DNA of 64,000 nucleotides from Gammaproteobacteria bacterium (GCA_963422205.2 CAXMWX010000005.1:192001-256000), one strand, 5' to 3'. Shown: positions 44,701 to 56,130, counted from the stretch's first letter. Notes: generated by a model from the sequence alone, not told the origin. Numbers and translations: made by a program.

Positions 44701-45126
44701 CTAAGTCTTGACGATGGGTAAATTGGCACTTTGCCAGCTATGCAAACCGCCCCGCAGCATATACACCTGTTCACGCCCCTGCATCCGCAACAGGCGACAT
44801 GCCTTGGCCGAATCTGTACCGTGGGCGCAGTAGATGACAACCGGCCGGTCGGCTTTGCCCGGCAGCTGTTTTATCCTGCTCTCAAATTCAGCCGTTGGTA
44901 TATGCAGTGAATCAATGATATGGCCGTTGTTATAAGCATCCTGGCTGCGAATATCCAGCAACAGCGCCTTATTTTTATTCACCATTTGCGTCAGTTCAGC
45001 CGTTGATATATGTTTTACCCCCATCATGGCCGTCCCCAGCAGATTCCACAGCAACATGCTTAGGATAGCGACAAACAGGGTCACCAAAATCAGGTGATTG
45101 GCGATGAACTCAGGCAGTTTTTCCAC
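44701..45126 (-). CDS. Membrane-anchored rhodanese-domain protein (YibN-like)
   Basis: EFIANH plus TM, GHI, YCAHG, LRGGLHSW. Confidence 0.9.
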   Translation of the reverse strand: MEKLPEFIANHLILVTLFVAILSMLLWNLLGTAMMGVKHISTAELTQMVNKNKALLLDIRSQDAYNNGHIIDSLHIPTAEFESRIKQLPGKADRPVVIYCAHGTDSAKACRLLRMQGREQVYMLRGGLHSWQSANLPIVKT

Positions 45127-45330
45127 AATGCAGATCTTCCGGCAACAGGGGGTTTAAGGTATTTAAGGACAGCGCATCATACGTGATATGGCTGGCCGAC
45201 AAAACCATTTCGCCTGGCTATCGGTTTCCATCTGCTGGCATGCTAGAATGCCAGCCACTATCACAGACACCCCCATTGACCATGCAACACCTTCGCCTAT
45301 GATACCCTGGAAGCTGCCCGCCGGGTGAAC

Positions 45331-46935
45331 ATGACAAGACGCACAGCACTCAGCAAAAGACCGACCATCCTCATCATTCTGGATGGCTGGGGTTACTCGG
45401 AAGCGACCGCCTATAATGCGATTCACAGCGCAAATAAGCCCGTCTGGGACCGGCTTTGGGCTGACTACCCGCATACCCTGGTCAATGCCAGCGGATCAGA
45501 GGTGGGTCTGCCGGCCCGGCAGATGGGAAATTCCGAAGTCGGCCACATGAACATCGGTGCCGGCCGGGTGGTCGATCAGGAATTCACCCGCATCATGCGC
45601 GCGATTGAGGATAGAAGTTTTTTCTCCAATGCCGCCCTGTGCAAGGCGATTAAACGGGCAAAGGCCAGGGGCAAAGCCGTGCATATCTTGGGGCTGTTAT
45701 CGCCCGGCGGCGTACACAGCCATCAGGAACACATTGCCGCCCTGCTGGAAATGACGGCAGAGCATCATATCTCGCCGGTGTATGTGCATGCCTTCCTGGA
45801 CGGCAGAGATACCCCGCCCAGAAGTGCGGCCAACTACCTGCACACCATACACACCCAGATGCAGGCCCTTGGCAACAGCCGGTTTGCCAGCATCACCGGC
45901 CGCTATTATGCGATGGACAGAAACACGAACTGGCAGCGAACCCAGTCGGCCTATGATCTGATCATGCACGGCAGGGCGATGTTTCAAAGCCAGGATGTGT
46001 TTATCGCCGTTGATATGGCCTATGGGCGAGGTGAAACCGATGAGTTCGTACAGGCCACCGCCATCACCGACCAGCACGGCCAGCCCGCCACGGTGACCGA
46101 GGGGGATGTCATTATCTTTGCCAATTACCGTGCTGATCGCATCAGACAACTATCAACCGCCATGACCGCCAGGGATTTTTCTGCCTTCAAGCGGCCATTT
46201 GTGGTGGCCGATGACAGCATCATCAGCATGACAGAATACAAAGAAGAATTCACGTTCCCCCGTGCCTTCCCGCCGCAACAGTTGCCGAATGTCTTCGGCG
46301 ACTACCTGGCATCGCTGGGCATGAAGCAGCTACGTATTGCCGAGACGGAAAAATACGCCCATGTCACCTTCTTTTTTAATGGTGGCAGGGAGCCGGCCTG
46401 TCCGGGCGAGGATCGCATCCTGATCCCATCGCCCGATGTGCCGACCTACGATGCCCGACCTGAGATGAGCGCTTTTTGGCTCACCGGAAAACTGGTGCAG
46501 GCGATTCGCTCGGGAAAATACGATGCCATTATCTGTAATTTCGCCAATGCCGATATGGTCGGCCATACCGGTAACTTTGACGCTGCCGTCAAGGCCGTTG
46601 AGGCAATCGATACCTGCCTGGGGCAGATCATCGCCGCCACACAGGCCAGCGGGGGGGAGATAGTGATCACCGCCGATCACGGTAATGCCGAACAAATGCG
46701 CTCTCATATCACCGAGAAAATTCAAGCCGAACCCCACACAGCACACACCAGCAATCCCGTTCCTCTGCTCTACATTGGCCGTGAGGCCGAGGTTGTGCCA
46801 AACATCACTGCCCGGCTTTGTGACATCGCCCCCACCCTGCTGCACCTCATGGGCTTGCAACAGCCAGCTGAGATGACCGGTCAAGCCCTGTTGCAACTGT
46901 GCCAGCGCGCCGTACAGGTAGAAAACGTTGAATAA
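45331..46935 (+). CDS. gpmI: 2,3-bisphosphoglycerate-independent phosphoglycerate mutase
   Basis: ILDGWG, MGNSEVGH, AETEKYAHVT, TADHGN. Confidence 0.98.
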   Translation: MTRRTALSKRPTILIILDGWGYSEATAYNAIHSANKPVWDRLWADYPHTLVNASGSEVGLPARQMGNSEVGHMNIGAGRVVDQEFTRIMRAIEDRSFFSNAALCKAIKRAKARGKAVHILGLLSPGGVHSHQEHIAALLEMTAEHHISPVYVHAFLDGRDTPPRSAANYLHTIHTQMQALGNSRFASITGRYYAMDRNTNWQRTQSAYDLIMHGRAMFQSQDVFIAVDMAYGRGETDEFVQATAITDQHGQPATVTEGDVIIFANYRADRIRQLSTAMTARDFSAFKRPFVVADDSIISMTEYKEEFTFPRAFPPQQLPNVFGDYLASLGMKQLRIAETEKYAHVTFFFNGGREPACPGEDRILIPSPDVPTYDARPEMSAFWLTGKLVQAIRSGKYDAIICNFANADMVGHTGNFDAAVKAVEAIDTCLGQIIAATQASGGEIVITADHGNAEQMRSHITEKIQAEPHTAHTSNPVPLLYIGREAEVVPNITARLCDIAPTLLHLMGLQQPAEMTGQALLQLCQRAVQVENVE

Positions 46936-46969
46936 ACGGCGACACGGCGGGGAGTTCCATCGCCAGCGG

Positions 46970-48121
46970 ATGCGGTGCGTGTTGCTCTGCTTTGCGTTCC
47001 TCCCACCGGCTTTTGCCGATGATACGAACGGCAGAGAGCAGCAATTAAAATCTGCCAGGGAATCGATCAGGGAGGTCATCAGCGAAGTTGAAATGAACTT
47101 GCAGCAGGCCCGGGATGAGTCCGAACAGTTGCTTGCTGAACTACAGAAGCTGGAGTCCAGCAGCCTGTCAGCGAAGGGAAAACTTGACCGGCTTGACGCT
47201 GAACTGGCAGCAAGCGATAGCCAAATCGCCCGGCTTAATCAGCAGCAAAGAGATGCTGAGGCAAACAGTGTCCTGGCACGGGAGAAACTGGCACAGCAAC
47301 TGCGTGCAACCTATATCACCGGCCGCCACAACATGCTGAAGCTGGTGCTCAATCAGGAAGACCCAACGCAACTGAGCCGGCTCATCGCCTATCACGACTA
47401 TATTAATCAGGCCCGTGGCCGCCAGATCGCCGCCATTGAGGCATCGTTGCTGCACATTGCCGAATTAAAGCAACAGATCACCGAGGCCAGCCAGGGCCAG
47501 CGTGAACTACAGCAGGCACAGCAAAATCAACTGGCAAAAATAGCTGAGGTAAAATCACAGCGTGAGGGCGTGTTAGATCGATTAAATCAACAGATTGCCG
47601 ACCGGGATAATCATCTTAAGACCCTGCGCCGAACGGAAACCGAATTATCGCAATTATTGCAGGGGCTCTCGGATGACAGTTCAAGGCGTGATGGTTTCGA
47701 AAACATCCCGCCGTTTCAATCACTTCAGGGTAAACTGAGCTTGCCGGTACAAGGCGATATTGACACCCGCTTCGGTGCCTACAAAAAAGGCGGCCGGATA
47801 AAGGCCACCGGAGTCACTTTCAACACAAAGAGAAAGGCAAAAGTCAAAGCCATCGCCAGTGGTCAGGTCATCTTTGCTGACTGGTTTCGCAACCTCGGCC
47901 TGCTGCTGATTATCAACCATGGCGATGATTACATCAGCCTGTATGGTCATAATGCGGCGATCGTAAAGCGAACAGGCGATTGGGTGAAGGCAGGCGAGAC
48001 CATCTCCATCGCCGGGGAGACCGGTGGCCGGGAAAATACCAGTTTATACTTTGAAATCCGCAAACAGGGCACGCCGTTAAATCCATTGCACTGGTGCAAA
48101 CGCGAACAACCGATCTTGTAA
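46970..48121 (+). CDS. envC: Murein hydrolase activator EnvC (coiled coil plus degenerate M23)
   Basis: Signal peptide, coiled coil, LYGHN, LYFEIR. Confidence 0.92.
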   Translation: MRCVLLCFAFLPPAFADDTNGREQQLKSARESIREVISEVEMNLQQARDESEQLLAELQKLESSSLSAKGKLDRLDAELAASDSQIARLNQQQRDAEANSVLAREKLAQQLRATYITGRHNMLKLVLNQEDPTQLSRLIAYHDYINQARGRQIAAIEASLLHIAELKQQITEASQGQRELQQAQQNQLAKIAEVKSQREGVLDRLNQQIADRDNHLKTLRRTETELSQLLQGLSDDSSRRDGFENIPPFQSLQGKLSLPVQGDIDTRFGAYKKGGRIKATGVTFNTKRKAKVKAIASGQVIFADWFRNLGLLLIINHGDDYISLYGHNAAIVKRTGDWVKAGETISIAGETGGRENTSLYFEIRKQGTPLNPLHWCKREQPIL

Positions 48122-48189
48122 CATCGCCATAGTACAATGAATGCACGACTGTTGCCTCATCTTAACACAACCACACCATGATTTAAGGA

Positions 48190-49521
48190 ATGCTGATGAC
48201 ACCGTTACCTACCTATGCCTTTGCCATGAGTTTGCTGCTGGCTGGCAGCTTGAGCCCGCTGGCCTATGCCCAGCCTGATCAGGAAATCGACTCAATCGCC
48301 AGGAAAACGCCCATCCCCTTAAAGGAAATACGCACGTTTGCCGAGGTCTTCGCCAGGGTAAAAAAAGATTATGTCGAAGTGATTGATGATCGCAGTCTGC
48401 TGGAGAATGCCATTCGCGGTATGCTGGAGGGGCTGGACCCGCATTCCACCTATCTGGATCAGGAGGCGTACCTGGATCTGCAAGAGGGTACCTCGGGCGA
48501 GTTTGGCGGGCTTGGCATTGAGGTCGGGATGGAGAATGGCTTCATCAAGGTGATCTCGCCCATTGATGACACCCCGGCCGAGCGCGCCGGTGTCAAGGCG
48601 GGCGATTTGATTATCCGGCTGGATGAGATGCCGATCAAAGGCTTATCGTTAAGTGATGCGGTTAATCGTATGCGGGGCAAGCCGGGCACCGACATCATGC
48701 TGACCATTATGCGTGATGGCGAGCAAAAGCCCTTAAAGCTCACCATCACCCGGGATATTATCAAGGTAAAGAGTGTCAGATACCGCACCCTGGAGCCGGG
48801 CTTGGGGTATTTGCGTATTTCCAATTTCCAGACCCACACCGCAAGAGATGTCAAAACCAACCTGAAACAACTGATCCGGGAAAATGATAACCGGCTGCAA
48901 GGGCTGGTGCTGGATTTACGCAATAATCCTGGCGGGATCCTCAGCGCTGCGGTCGCCATTGCTGATTTGTTTCTGGAGAAGGGCTTGATTGTCTACACCG
49001 AAGGCCGGGTGCGTGACTCGAAACTGAAATTCAATGCCAAGCCCACAGATATACTGAATGGGGCACCGATGGTTGTGCTGGTCAATGCCGGTTCCGCCTC
49101 GGCTTCGGAGATCGTTGCCGGTGCCTTGCAGGATCATAAACGCGCCATCATCATGGGACAGAAGACCTTTGGGAAAGGCTCGGTGCAGACTATCCTGCCA
49201 ATTTCCAATGAGGCGGCCCTGAAATTGACAACCGCCCGTTACTTCACCCCGTCAGGGCGCTCCATACAGGCGGCGGGCATTGCCCCGGACATCGATCTCG
49301 ACCAGGTTAAAATAGAGAAAATCGAAGAGACCAATGTCATCAAAGAGCAGAACCTGAACCGGCATCTGGAAGGCACCGCCGAGAGAGAAGCAGCCGGGCA
49401 AGCCACAGACGAAGCCGATAAAGAAGCCAGTAAAGAGGAGTCGCTGGCAACCCGTGATTACGCCTTGTATGAAGCCTTGAACCTGTTAAAAGGCTTGACC
49501 CTCATGTCTGCTGATAACTAG
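48190..49521 (+). CDS. ctpA: Carboxy-terminal processing protease (S41, PDZ)
   Basis: LDPHS, GLGIEV, DLRNNPGG, SASASE, TFGKGSVQ. Confidence 0.95.
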   Translation: MLMTPLPTYAFAMSLLLAGSLSPLAYAQPDQEIDSIARKTPIPLKEIRTFAEVFARVKKDYVEVIDDRSLLENAIRGMLEGLDPHSTYLDQEAYLDLQEGTSGEFGGLGIEVGMENGFIKVISPIDDTPAERAGVKAGDLIIRLDEMPIKGLSLSDAVNRMRGKPGTDIMLTIMRDGEQKPLKLTITRDIIKVKSVRYRTLEPGLGYLRISNFQTHTARDVKTNLKQLIRENDNRLQGLVLDLRNNPGGILSAAVAIADLFLEKGLIVYTEGRVRDSKLKFNAKPTDILNGAPMVVLVNAGSASASEIVAGALQDHKRAIIMGQKTFGKGSVQTILPISNEAALKLTTARYFTPSGRSIQAAGIAPDIDLDQVKIEKIEETNVIKEQNLNRHLEGTAEREAAGQATDEADKEASKEESLATRDYALYEALNLLKGLTLMSADN

Positions 49522-49525
49522 GCCG

Positions 49526-50317
49526 ATGCGGACAAAAGATGCAAACTATGTAATCGCCATCATCTTGCTCTGCATCAGCCTGCATGGTGTCGCCGCTGAT
49601 GGCTATACCTATCGTCAGGGGTATATCAGCATCATCATTGATGACATAGGCTATCGTATAAAAGATGATAAACGGGCCATCGCCCTGCCGGGGCCTGTCA
49701 CCTATGCCATCATGCCGTTCTCGCCCCATGCAAAGAAAATCAGCCAGGATCTGCAACGAAGAAATAAAGACATACTGTTACACATGCCCATGCAGGCCCT
49801 GCAACAAAAGCACAATCGATTTTTAGGGCCAGCGGCCTTAACCCTTGATATGGACAAGCCCCGATTTATTCGCACTGTGGATCGGGCGATCGCCTCTCTG
49901 CCAATCGCCGTTGGCATGAATAATCACATGGGCAGTTTATTGAGCCAGCAACCACAGCAGATGCAATGGCTGATGGAGGTGCTGAAGCGGCATGGCTTGT
50001 TTTATGTCGACAGTTTTACCATCAGACGCAGCCAGGCAAAAACAGCCGCCCGGCAATACCAGGTGCCTTATCTCCGCCGTGATGTGTTTCTGGATCACAA
50101 ACCCACAGCCGATGACATTCGGGCGCGATTCCAGGAATTGATCAACACGGCCCGCCGCAAAGGCACAGCCGTGGCCATCGGCCATCCACGCCCTGCCACC
50201 TTGAGCGTATTGGAAAAAGAACTGCAACGGCTGAATTATTATTCAGTCAAGCTGGTAAAACTCGGCGAGCTGTTGCAGCAGCGCAAACGACTGAGGCTGG
50301 CTGACAGCCGCTTGTAG
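49526..50317 (+). CDS. Divergent polysaccharide deacetylase (YibQ-like)
   Basis: IIIDDIG, LHMPMQ, NNHMGS, RDVFLD, AIGHP. Confidence 0.92.
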   Translation: MRTKDANYVIAIILLCISLHGVAADGYTYRQGYISIIIDDIGYRIKDDKRAIALPGPVTYAIMPFSPHAKKISQDLQRRNKDILLHMPMQALQQKHNRFLGPAALTLDMDKPRFIRTVDRAIASLPIAVGMNNHMGSLLSQQPQQMQWLMEVLKRHGLFYVDSFTIRRSQAKTAARQYQVPYLRRDVFLDHKPTADDIRARFQELINTARRKGTAVAIGHPRPATLSVLEKELQRLNYYSVKLVKLGELLQQRKRLRLADSRL

Positions 50318-50323
50318 GCCGGG

Positions 50324-50782
50324 GTGAGCAGTTATGAGCAACTGCGGGCAGCGTTGAACGTACAGCTTCACAAGATGATCCCGATAACCGCCGCCATGCA
50401 GATCAAAATCACCGCATACAACGGCGAGCGCATCCGCCTGCAAGCACCGTTAGCCCCCAATATCAATGACAAGCAGACCGGTTTTGCCGGTAGCCTGGCG
50501 GCTATCGCCACCATCAGCGGCTGGTGTCTGCTACAGATGAAGCTTAACGAGCTCAAGATGAATGCCGATATTGCCGTCTATCAATCGGCCATACGTTATG
50601 TGCAGCCAGCGATGAGTGATTTTAATGCCTGCACGATGTTTGCCAGTGATACCGACAAGAAGATATTCATAACACAACTGAGAAATGACGGTAAGGCCAA
50701 AATTGCGCTTGGCACGACAGTCAGCGATCAGGAAAAACAGGTGTTGGAATTACAGGGCAAGTACGTTGCTGTTAAGCGATGA
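50324..50782 (+). CDS. YiiD C-terminal hotdog/thioesterase domain protein
   Basis: IPITAAM, APLAPNIN, FAGSL, GW. Confidence 0.8.
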   Translation: MSSYEQLRAALNVQLHKMIPITAAMQIKITAYNGERIRLQAPLAPNINDKQTGFAGSLAAIATISGWCLLQMKLNELKMNADIAVYQSAIRYVQPAMSDFNACTMFASDTDKKIFITQLRNDGKAKIALGTTVSDQEKQVLELQGKYVAVKR

Positions 50783-50815
50783 CATGAGTATTTCATGGGG
50801 GTATTCCGGGTTGAC

Positions 50816-52486
50816 CTAATCCAGCTTCAAGATGACTTTGGCAATCAGGAACAAACCGGCTGAGCTGACGATCAAAGACGATAACGGCACCCCTAAAATT
50901 TTTATCGAGGTAATATCCAGCGAATAAATTAAAATACCGGCAATGATCAAGGCCGAGCCGGTGATCACCAGCACATTGTTACGATTATACTTCTGAAACT
51001 CATAACGCAATTCATCCAGACCGTGAGATTTCAACTCGATCATCAGCTTGCCACGCCGCAGGCGCTCTATCAGATCAATGGCCTTGGCCGGCATCCCGGG
51101 TAATTGATCCAGCCAGTAAGGGACATTCTCGGTCGTGCCTTTGAGTAAACCGCGCACACCAACACGGTTATTCATCCAGCGCTCCATGATGGGTTTTGCC
51201 GTGCGCCACAGATCAAGCTCAGGATACAAATCCCGGCCAAGGCCCTCGATATTCACCAGGGTTTTTTGCAGCAACACAAGCTGCGGCAGGATCACCATAT
51301 TAAAGCGCCGGGCGGTCTGGAACAGACGCAGTAACATGGTGCCGAAGGAGATCTCTTTTAGCGGCCGATCAAACAAAGGCTCACACACCGTCCGCACCGC
51401 AAATTCAAATTCATCCACCCGTGTGTTACCCGGCACCCAGCCGGAATCCACATGCAACTGTGCCACCTTGCGATAATCACGGTTGAGAAACGCAAGAAAA
51501 TTCTCGGCCAGATAGCGCTGATCAAATTCACTTAAAGAGCTCATGATACCAAAATCCACCATCATGATCCGTGGCTTGCCAGCAATATCGGGGTTGACAA
51601 AAATATTGCCCGGATGCATGTCCGCATGAAAATAGCTGTCACGAAACACCTGCGTGAAAAATAATTCCACTGTCGATTCTGCCAGCCATTTCAAATCAAG
51701 CCCGGCCGCCAGCAGGGCCTCATGATCGCTGATATGAATGCCCGATATCCTCTCCATAACCATCACATTGGCCGTGGTGTATTCCCACTCGATCTGCGGA
51801 ATGTACAAAACATCGGAGGTACTGAAATTCCGGCGTAGCTGCGAGGCGCTGGCTGCTTCACGCATAAGATCAAGCTCATCCAGCAGATGCTTTTCAAACT
51901 CAGCAACGACAGATGTCGGACGCAGCCGGCGTATATGATCGGAATGACGTTCAAAAGTCCGGGCGAGCTTGTGCATAATGCTGATATCCCGCCGCATGAC
52001 CTTCTCTATCTCCGGGCGCACCACCTTGACGATCATCTCCCGGCCATCATTCAGCGTGGCCGCATGCACCTGTGCGATCGATGCCGAGGCGAGCGGTGTC
52101 TCATCAAAGGTAAGAAAAATCTGCTCTATCTTTTTATCAAACGCCGCTTCAATGATCTGCTTCGCTTCAACACCGGAGAAAGGCGGCACCTTATCCTGTA
52201 ATTTTGCCAACTCAATGGCAATATCCTCAGGCAACATATCGCGCCGGGTGGAAAGCAGCTGCCCGAACTTGATAGAAATCGGCCCCAGGGTTTCCAATGT
52301 ACGCCGGACACGCACCGCCCTTGGCGCATTAAAACGCCGGACACGAAACCAGTTCCAGGGTAACAGATAACGCAGCCAGCGAACCGGGCGCAGCAGGCGC
52401 ATGGCAAACACCAACTCATCCAGGCCATTGTGCATAAACACGCGCTGTATCGTAAGCAGGCGCCATAGTTGCGCGAAACCCAGCAT
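50816..52486 (-). CDS. ubiB: Ubiquinone biosynthesis atypical kinase UbiB
   Basis: IKFGQLLSTR, ASASIAQVH, HADMHPGN, DFG. Confidence 0.97.
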   Translation of the reverse strand: MLGFAQLWRLLTIQRVFMHNGLDELVFAMRLLRPVRWLRYLLPWNWFRVRRFNAPRAVRVRRTLETLGPISIKFGQLLSTRRDMLPEDIAIELAKLQDKVPPFSGVEAKQIIEAAFDKKIEQIFLTFDETPLASASIAQVHAATLNDGREMIVKVVRPEIEKVMRRDISIMHKLARTFERHSDHIRRLRPTSVVAEFEKHLLDELDLMREAASASQLRRNFSTSDVLYIPQIEWEYTTANVMVMERISGIHISDHEALLAAGLDLKWLAESTVELFFTQVFRDSYFHADMHPGNIFVNPDIAGKPRIMMVDFGIMSSLSEFDQRYLAENFLAFLNRDYRKVAQLHVDSGWVPGNTRVDEFEFAVRTVCEPLFDRPLKEISFGTMLLRLFQTARRFNMVILPQLVLLQKTLVNIEGLGRDLYPELDLWRTAKPIMERWMNNRVGVRGLLKGTTENVPYWLDQLPGMPAKAIDLIERLRRGKLMIELKSHGLDELRYEFQKYNRNNVLVITGSALIIAGILIYSLDITSIKILGVPLSSLIVSSAGLFLIAKVILKLD

Positions 52487-52488
52487 GA

Positions 52489-53136
52489 TTAATTCCCCGG
52501 TTTTTCCAGCCTGGCCATTCGCTGTTTCAAACGTGCAAGATCATCACGCAACTCATCCACAGCACGATTAAATTCCTCCAGTTCATCCGCATCAGCGATC
52601 ATGTCTTTTTCATATTTCAGAAACTCACCCAAATCGGATTCCAACTTGACGCCCAGCCCCTTGACCATCGACCACCCGGTGCGGATCAGCTGCGCCGACT
52701 TGTGCGCCAGGGTATCGCCAACATAGCCTGCAAGCTGCTCTTCCCAGTCGATCTCCATTTTTTTCACCAGGGCGGTAAGCTGCTGTGCCAGGGCGATATC
52801 GCCGGTTATCTCAAGATGACTGGCAAGCTCATTGGCGGGCGGGCGCTGACCATAACGCTGTGCAGCAACATAGGCCAGCAATGCCGCCGGTGTGCCGGTG
52901 ATTCGGACATTGACCTCACCAACCTGCCCGGTAAGCAGCTGAATGCCATCATGCTCGATCAAAAAAGTAAAACTCGCTGCCGTGTTCAGCAGCTTGATTT
53001 GTATGATATTACCCGCCAGGGCATAAATTTCCGCCGCCACCTCGGCATCCAACTGCAAGCAACGGTTCAGTAACAGATGGATATTTCCCGACATGATTGT
53101 CGCCCCATGATCGCCTCCTGCATGAGCACCATTCAC
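52489..53136 (-). CDS. ubiJ: Ubiquinone biosynthesis accessory factor UbiJ (SCP2); start uncertain
   Basis: IDWEEQLA..GD, VDELRDDLARL; between ubiE and ubiB. Confidence 0.9.
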   Translation of the reverse strand: MNGAHAGGDHGATIMSGNIHLLLNRCLQLDAEVAAEIYALAGNIIQIKLLNTAASFTFLIEHDGIQLLTGQVGEVNVRITGTPAALLAYVAAQRYGQRPPANELASHLEITGDIALAQQLTALVKKMEIDWEEQLAGYVGDTLAHKSAQLIRTGWSMVKGLGVKLESDLGEFLKYEKDMIADADELEEFNRAVDELRDDLARLKQRMARLEKPGN

Positions 53137-53885
53137 AGTTTATACGCCTGATGCTGGGCAACAATACCGCCTGACAGGTTAAAATACCGCACCTTCGAGA
53201 AACCGGCCTGCTGCAACATCTGCGTTAATGTTTCCTGATCCGGGTGCCTGCGGATCGACTCCACCAAGTATTGATAGCTGTCTTGATCCCTGGCAATCAG
53301 TTTGCCCAGCCAGGGAATGACGGCAAAAGAATACTGATCGTACAGTTTTTGCAGCAACGGCAGGGTTAGCCTGGAGAATTCCAGGATATTCACCCCCCCG
53401 CCATAGTTAAGTTTGGCAAACACAGAACTCAGCACTTTCTGTTGATTGCTGACATTACGCAGGCCAAAAGCCAGCATGATGCAATCAAACGTATTATCCG
53501 CATAAGGCAGGGCTTCGGCATCGCCCTGCACGAAATCCAGCCCATGATACAGCCCCTTATCATAGAGCTTATCGCGCCCCGTTGAGAGCATGTCCGCATT
53601 GATATCACAAACAACAACACGCCCCTTTTCATTCAGCCGTTTTTTTATCAGCCAAGCCATATCCGCAGTACCACCCGCCAGATCCAGCACCTGTGCATCG
53701 GGTTTAAGCCCGGCGATATGTACCGCATAGCGCTTCCAGAGGCGATGAATGCCGAATGACATCAAGTCATTCATCAGATCATACTGACCGGCCACCGAGG
53801 TAAACACCGCATTGACCCGACGGGTCTTCTCCCGCCTGCCCAGCGTTTGAAAACCAAAATCAACCAGTGGCGACTCAGACATCAC
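53133..53885 (-). CDS. ubiE: Ubiquinone/menaquinone C-methyltransferase
   Basis: YDLMNDLMSFGIHRLWK, DLAGGT, FGLRNV. Confidence 0.97.
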   Translation of the reverse strand: MMSESPLVDFGFQTLGRREKTRRVNAVFTSVAGQYDLMNDLMSFGIHRLWKRYAVHIAGLKPDAQVLDLAGGTADMAWLIKKRLNEKGRVVVCDINADMLSTGRDKLYDKGLYHGLDFVQGDAEALPYADNTFDCIMLAFGLRNVSNQQKVLSSVFAKLNYGGGVNILEFSRLTLPLLQKLYDQYSFAVIPWLGKLIARDQDSYQYLVESIRRHPDQETLTQMLQQAGFSKVRYFNLSGGIVAQHQAYKL

Positions 53886-54241
53886 ATCCCCTGGCGTTGA
53901 TGACCTGCCGCCTGCAAGGCCGCCAGGTATCTGGCAAATAACTGCTCTGCATCTCTGCCCAACTCATACAGATAATCCCAGGTATACAGGCCAGAATCAT
54001 GGCCATCATCAAACACCAGCTTGACGGCATAATTGCCGACTGGCTGTATCTCATCAATATTCACCCCCTCCTTGCCGGTTTGCAGGACGGCCTGCCCCGG
54101 GCTGTGTCCACGTACTTCTGCCGATGGTGAGTAGACACGCAGCAACTCACAATCGAGGGTAAACGTCTGACCATCTTCATAGCGCAGCACAAGCTGCCTG
54201 GATTGCTTTTTTAAGTTGATCGCTACCGGGATCTGGCTCAT
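53882..54241 (-). CDS. DUF971 / GBBH-N-like protein
   Basis: ELLRVYSPSAEVRGH, VGNYA, FDDGHDSGLYTW. Confidence 0.92.
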   Translation of the reverse strand: MSQIPVAINLKKQSRQLVLRYEDGQTFTLDCELLRVYSPSAEVRGHSPGQAVLQTGKEGVNIDEIQPVGNYAVKLVFDDGHDSGLYTWDYLYELGRDAEQLFARYLAALQAAGHQRQGM

Positions 54242-54256
54242 GTGTTGATGATTCTC

Positions 54257-55579
54257 TTAGAGAATGTAACGACTCAGATCTTCGTCTTTTACCAACGCAT
54301 GCAGATGATCGGCAACATACGCAGCATCCACCATGACCACTTCACCCGAACGTTCAGGGGCATGGAATGAAAGCGATTCCAGCAGGCGCTCCATCACGGT
54401 ATGCAGACGCCGTGCGCCAATGTTCTCGGTCGACTCATTCACCTGACAGGCAATTTCGGCCAGCTTTCGGATGCCATCTTCAGCAAATTCCAGGGTGAGA
54501 CTTTCCGTCCTCATCAAAGCGGCGTATTGCTCGGTAAGCGCAGCATCCGGCTCTATCAGAATACGCACAAACTCTTCCACACCCAGGGCATCCAACTCCA
54601 CCCGGATCGGCAGGCGGCCTTGTAGCTCCGGGATCAGATCGGAGGGTTTGGACAAGTGAAACGCCCCCGAGGCGATGAATAAAATGTGATCGGTCTTGAT
54701 CATGCCATACTTGGTGGTCACCGTCGACCCCTCGACCAGCGGTAACAGATCCCGCTGCACGCCCTCTCTGGAGACATCCGGGCCGCTGACATCGGAACGG
54801 CGAGCAACCTTGTCAATCTCATCGAGAAACACCAGCCCGTTCTGCTCCAGATTCTCCAACGCACGCAGCTTGATCTCATCCTCGTTGATCAGCCTGGTTG
54901 CCTCCTCTTCGGCCAGAATTTTCAATGCCTCCGGCACTTTTAATTTACGCTGCCGCTTCCTGGGGCTGGCCATATTCTGAAACAAGCCCTGCAACTGGCT
55001 GGTCATCTCTTCCATGCCCGGCGGTGCCATGATCTCCACCCCAATGGCAGGCAGGCTCACCTCCACCTCGATCTCTTTATCATCCAGCCTGCCATCACGC
55101 AACATGGTGCGAAACTTCTCGCGGGTGCTATTGGCCGATTCGGTCTGCTCATCCACCGCCCGGGGCGCTGGCAGGAGGATATCCAGCACCCGATCCTCGG
55201 CGGCATCCTCGGCCCGATGTTTGACTTTTTCAATCTCCGCCTCCCGCTCCATCTTCACGGCCACATCGGCCAGATCTCTGATGATCGAATCAACATCCCG
55301 GCCAACATAACCGACCTCGGTAAACTTGGTGGCCTCCACCTTGATAAAAGGCGCATTGGCCAGCTTTGCCAGGCGTCTAGCTATCTCGGTCTTGCCCACA
55401 CCGGTTGGCCCGATCATGAGAATATTCTTGGGTGTGATCTCGCCTCGTAACACCTCATCCACCTGCGCCCGTCGCCAGCGATTACGCAAGGCAATAGCAA
55501 CCGCACGCTTGGCCGCATCCTGACCAATAATGTGCTTGTCCAGCTCGGCAACGATTTCCTTCGGGGTCAACGCCTGCAT
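54257..55579 (-). CDS. hslU: ATP-dependent protease ATPase HslU
   Basis: [20 protein letters not shown]. Confidence 0.99.
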   Translation of the reverse strand: MQALTPKEIVAELDKHIIGQDAAKRAVAIALRNRWRRAQVDEVLRGEITPKNILMIGPTGVGKTEIARRLAKLANAPFIKVEATKFTEVGYVGRDVDSIIRDLADVAVKMEREAEIEKVKHRAEDAAEDRVLDILLPAPRAVDEQTESANSTREKFRTMLRDGRLDDKEIEVEVSLPAIGVEIMAPPGMEEMTSQLQGLFQNMASPRKRQRKLKVPEALKILAEEEATRLINEDEIKLRALENLEQNGLVFLDEIDKVARRSDVSGPDVSREGVQRDLLPLVEGSTVTTKYGMIKTDHILFIASGAFHLSKPSDLIPELQGRLPIRVELDALGVEEFVRILIEPDAALTEQYAALMRTESLTLEFAEDGIRKLAEIACQVNESTENIGARRLHTVMERLLESLSFHAPERSGEVVMVDAAYVADHLHALVKDEDLSRYIL

Positions 55580-55584
55580 ATCGC

Positions 55585-56130
55585 CTAAGTCTCGCCCTTC
55601 AACTCTGCCAGCGTGAGATGGGTATTGGTGTACACGCAGATCTCGGCGGCGATGGTAAGGGATTTTTCAACCACAGCACGGGCAGATAATTCGGTGTTCA
55701 TCAGCAGGGCACGGGCGGCTGACTTGGCAAAGGCACCGCCGGAGCCTATCGCCATGATATTGTCCTCCGGCTCGATCACATCCCCGTTACCGGAAATAAT
55801 CAGCGAATGGTGTTTGTCTACCACGCACAACATGGCCTCCAGACGACGCAGCAGACGATCGGTGCGCCAGTCCTTGGCCAACTCAACGGCAGCACGCATA
55901 AAATGCCCCTGATGGGCCTCCAGCTTCGCTTCAAAGCGCTCAAACAAGGTAAACGCATCCGCCGTCCCGCCGGCAAAACCGGCCAATACCTGATCACGGT
56001 ATAATTTACGCACCTTGTTGGCATTGCCCTTCATCACGGTATCGCCCAAAGAGACCTGGCCATCACCGCCAATCACCACCTCATTCTCACGCCGCACAGA
56101 CAGAATGGTTGTACCGCTGAATTGTTGCAA
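55585..56130 (-). CDS. hslV: ATP-dependent protease subunit HslV
   Basis: [20 protein letters not shown]. Confidence 0.98.
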   Translation of the reverse strand: MQQFSGTTILSVRRENEVVIGGDGQVSLGDTVMKGNANKVRKLYRDQVLAGFAGGTADAFTLFERFEAKLEAHQGHFMRAAVELAKDWRTDRLLRRLEAMLCVVDKHHSLIISGNGDVIEPEDNIMAIGSGGAFAKSAARALLMNTELSARAVVEKSLTIAAEICVYTNTHLTLAELKGET

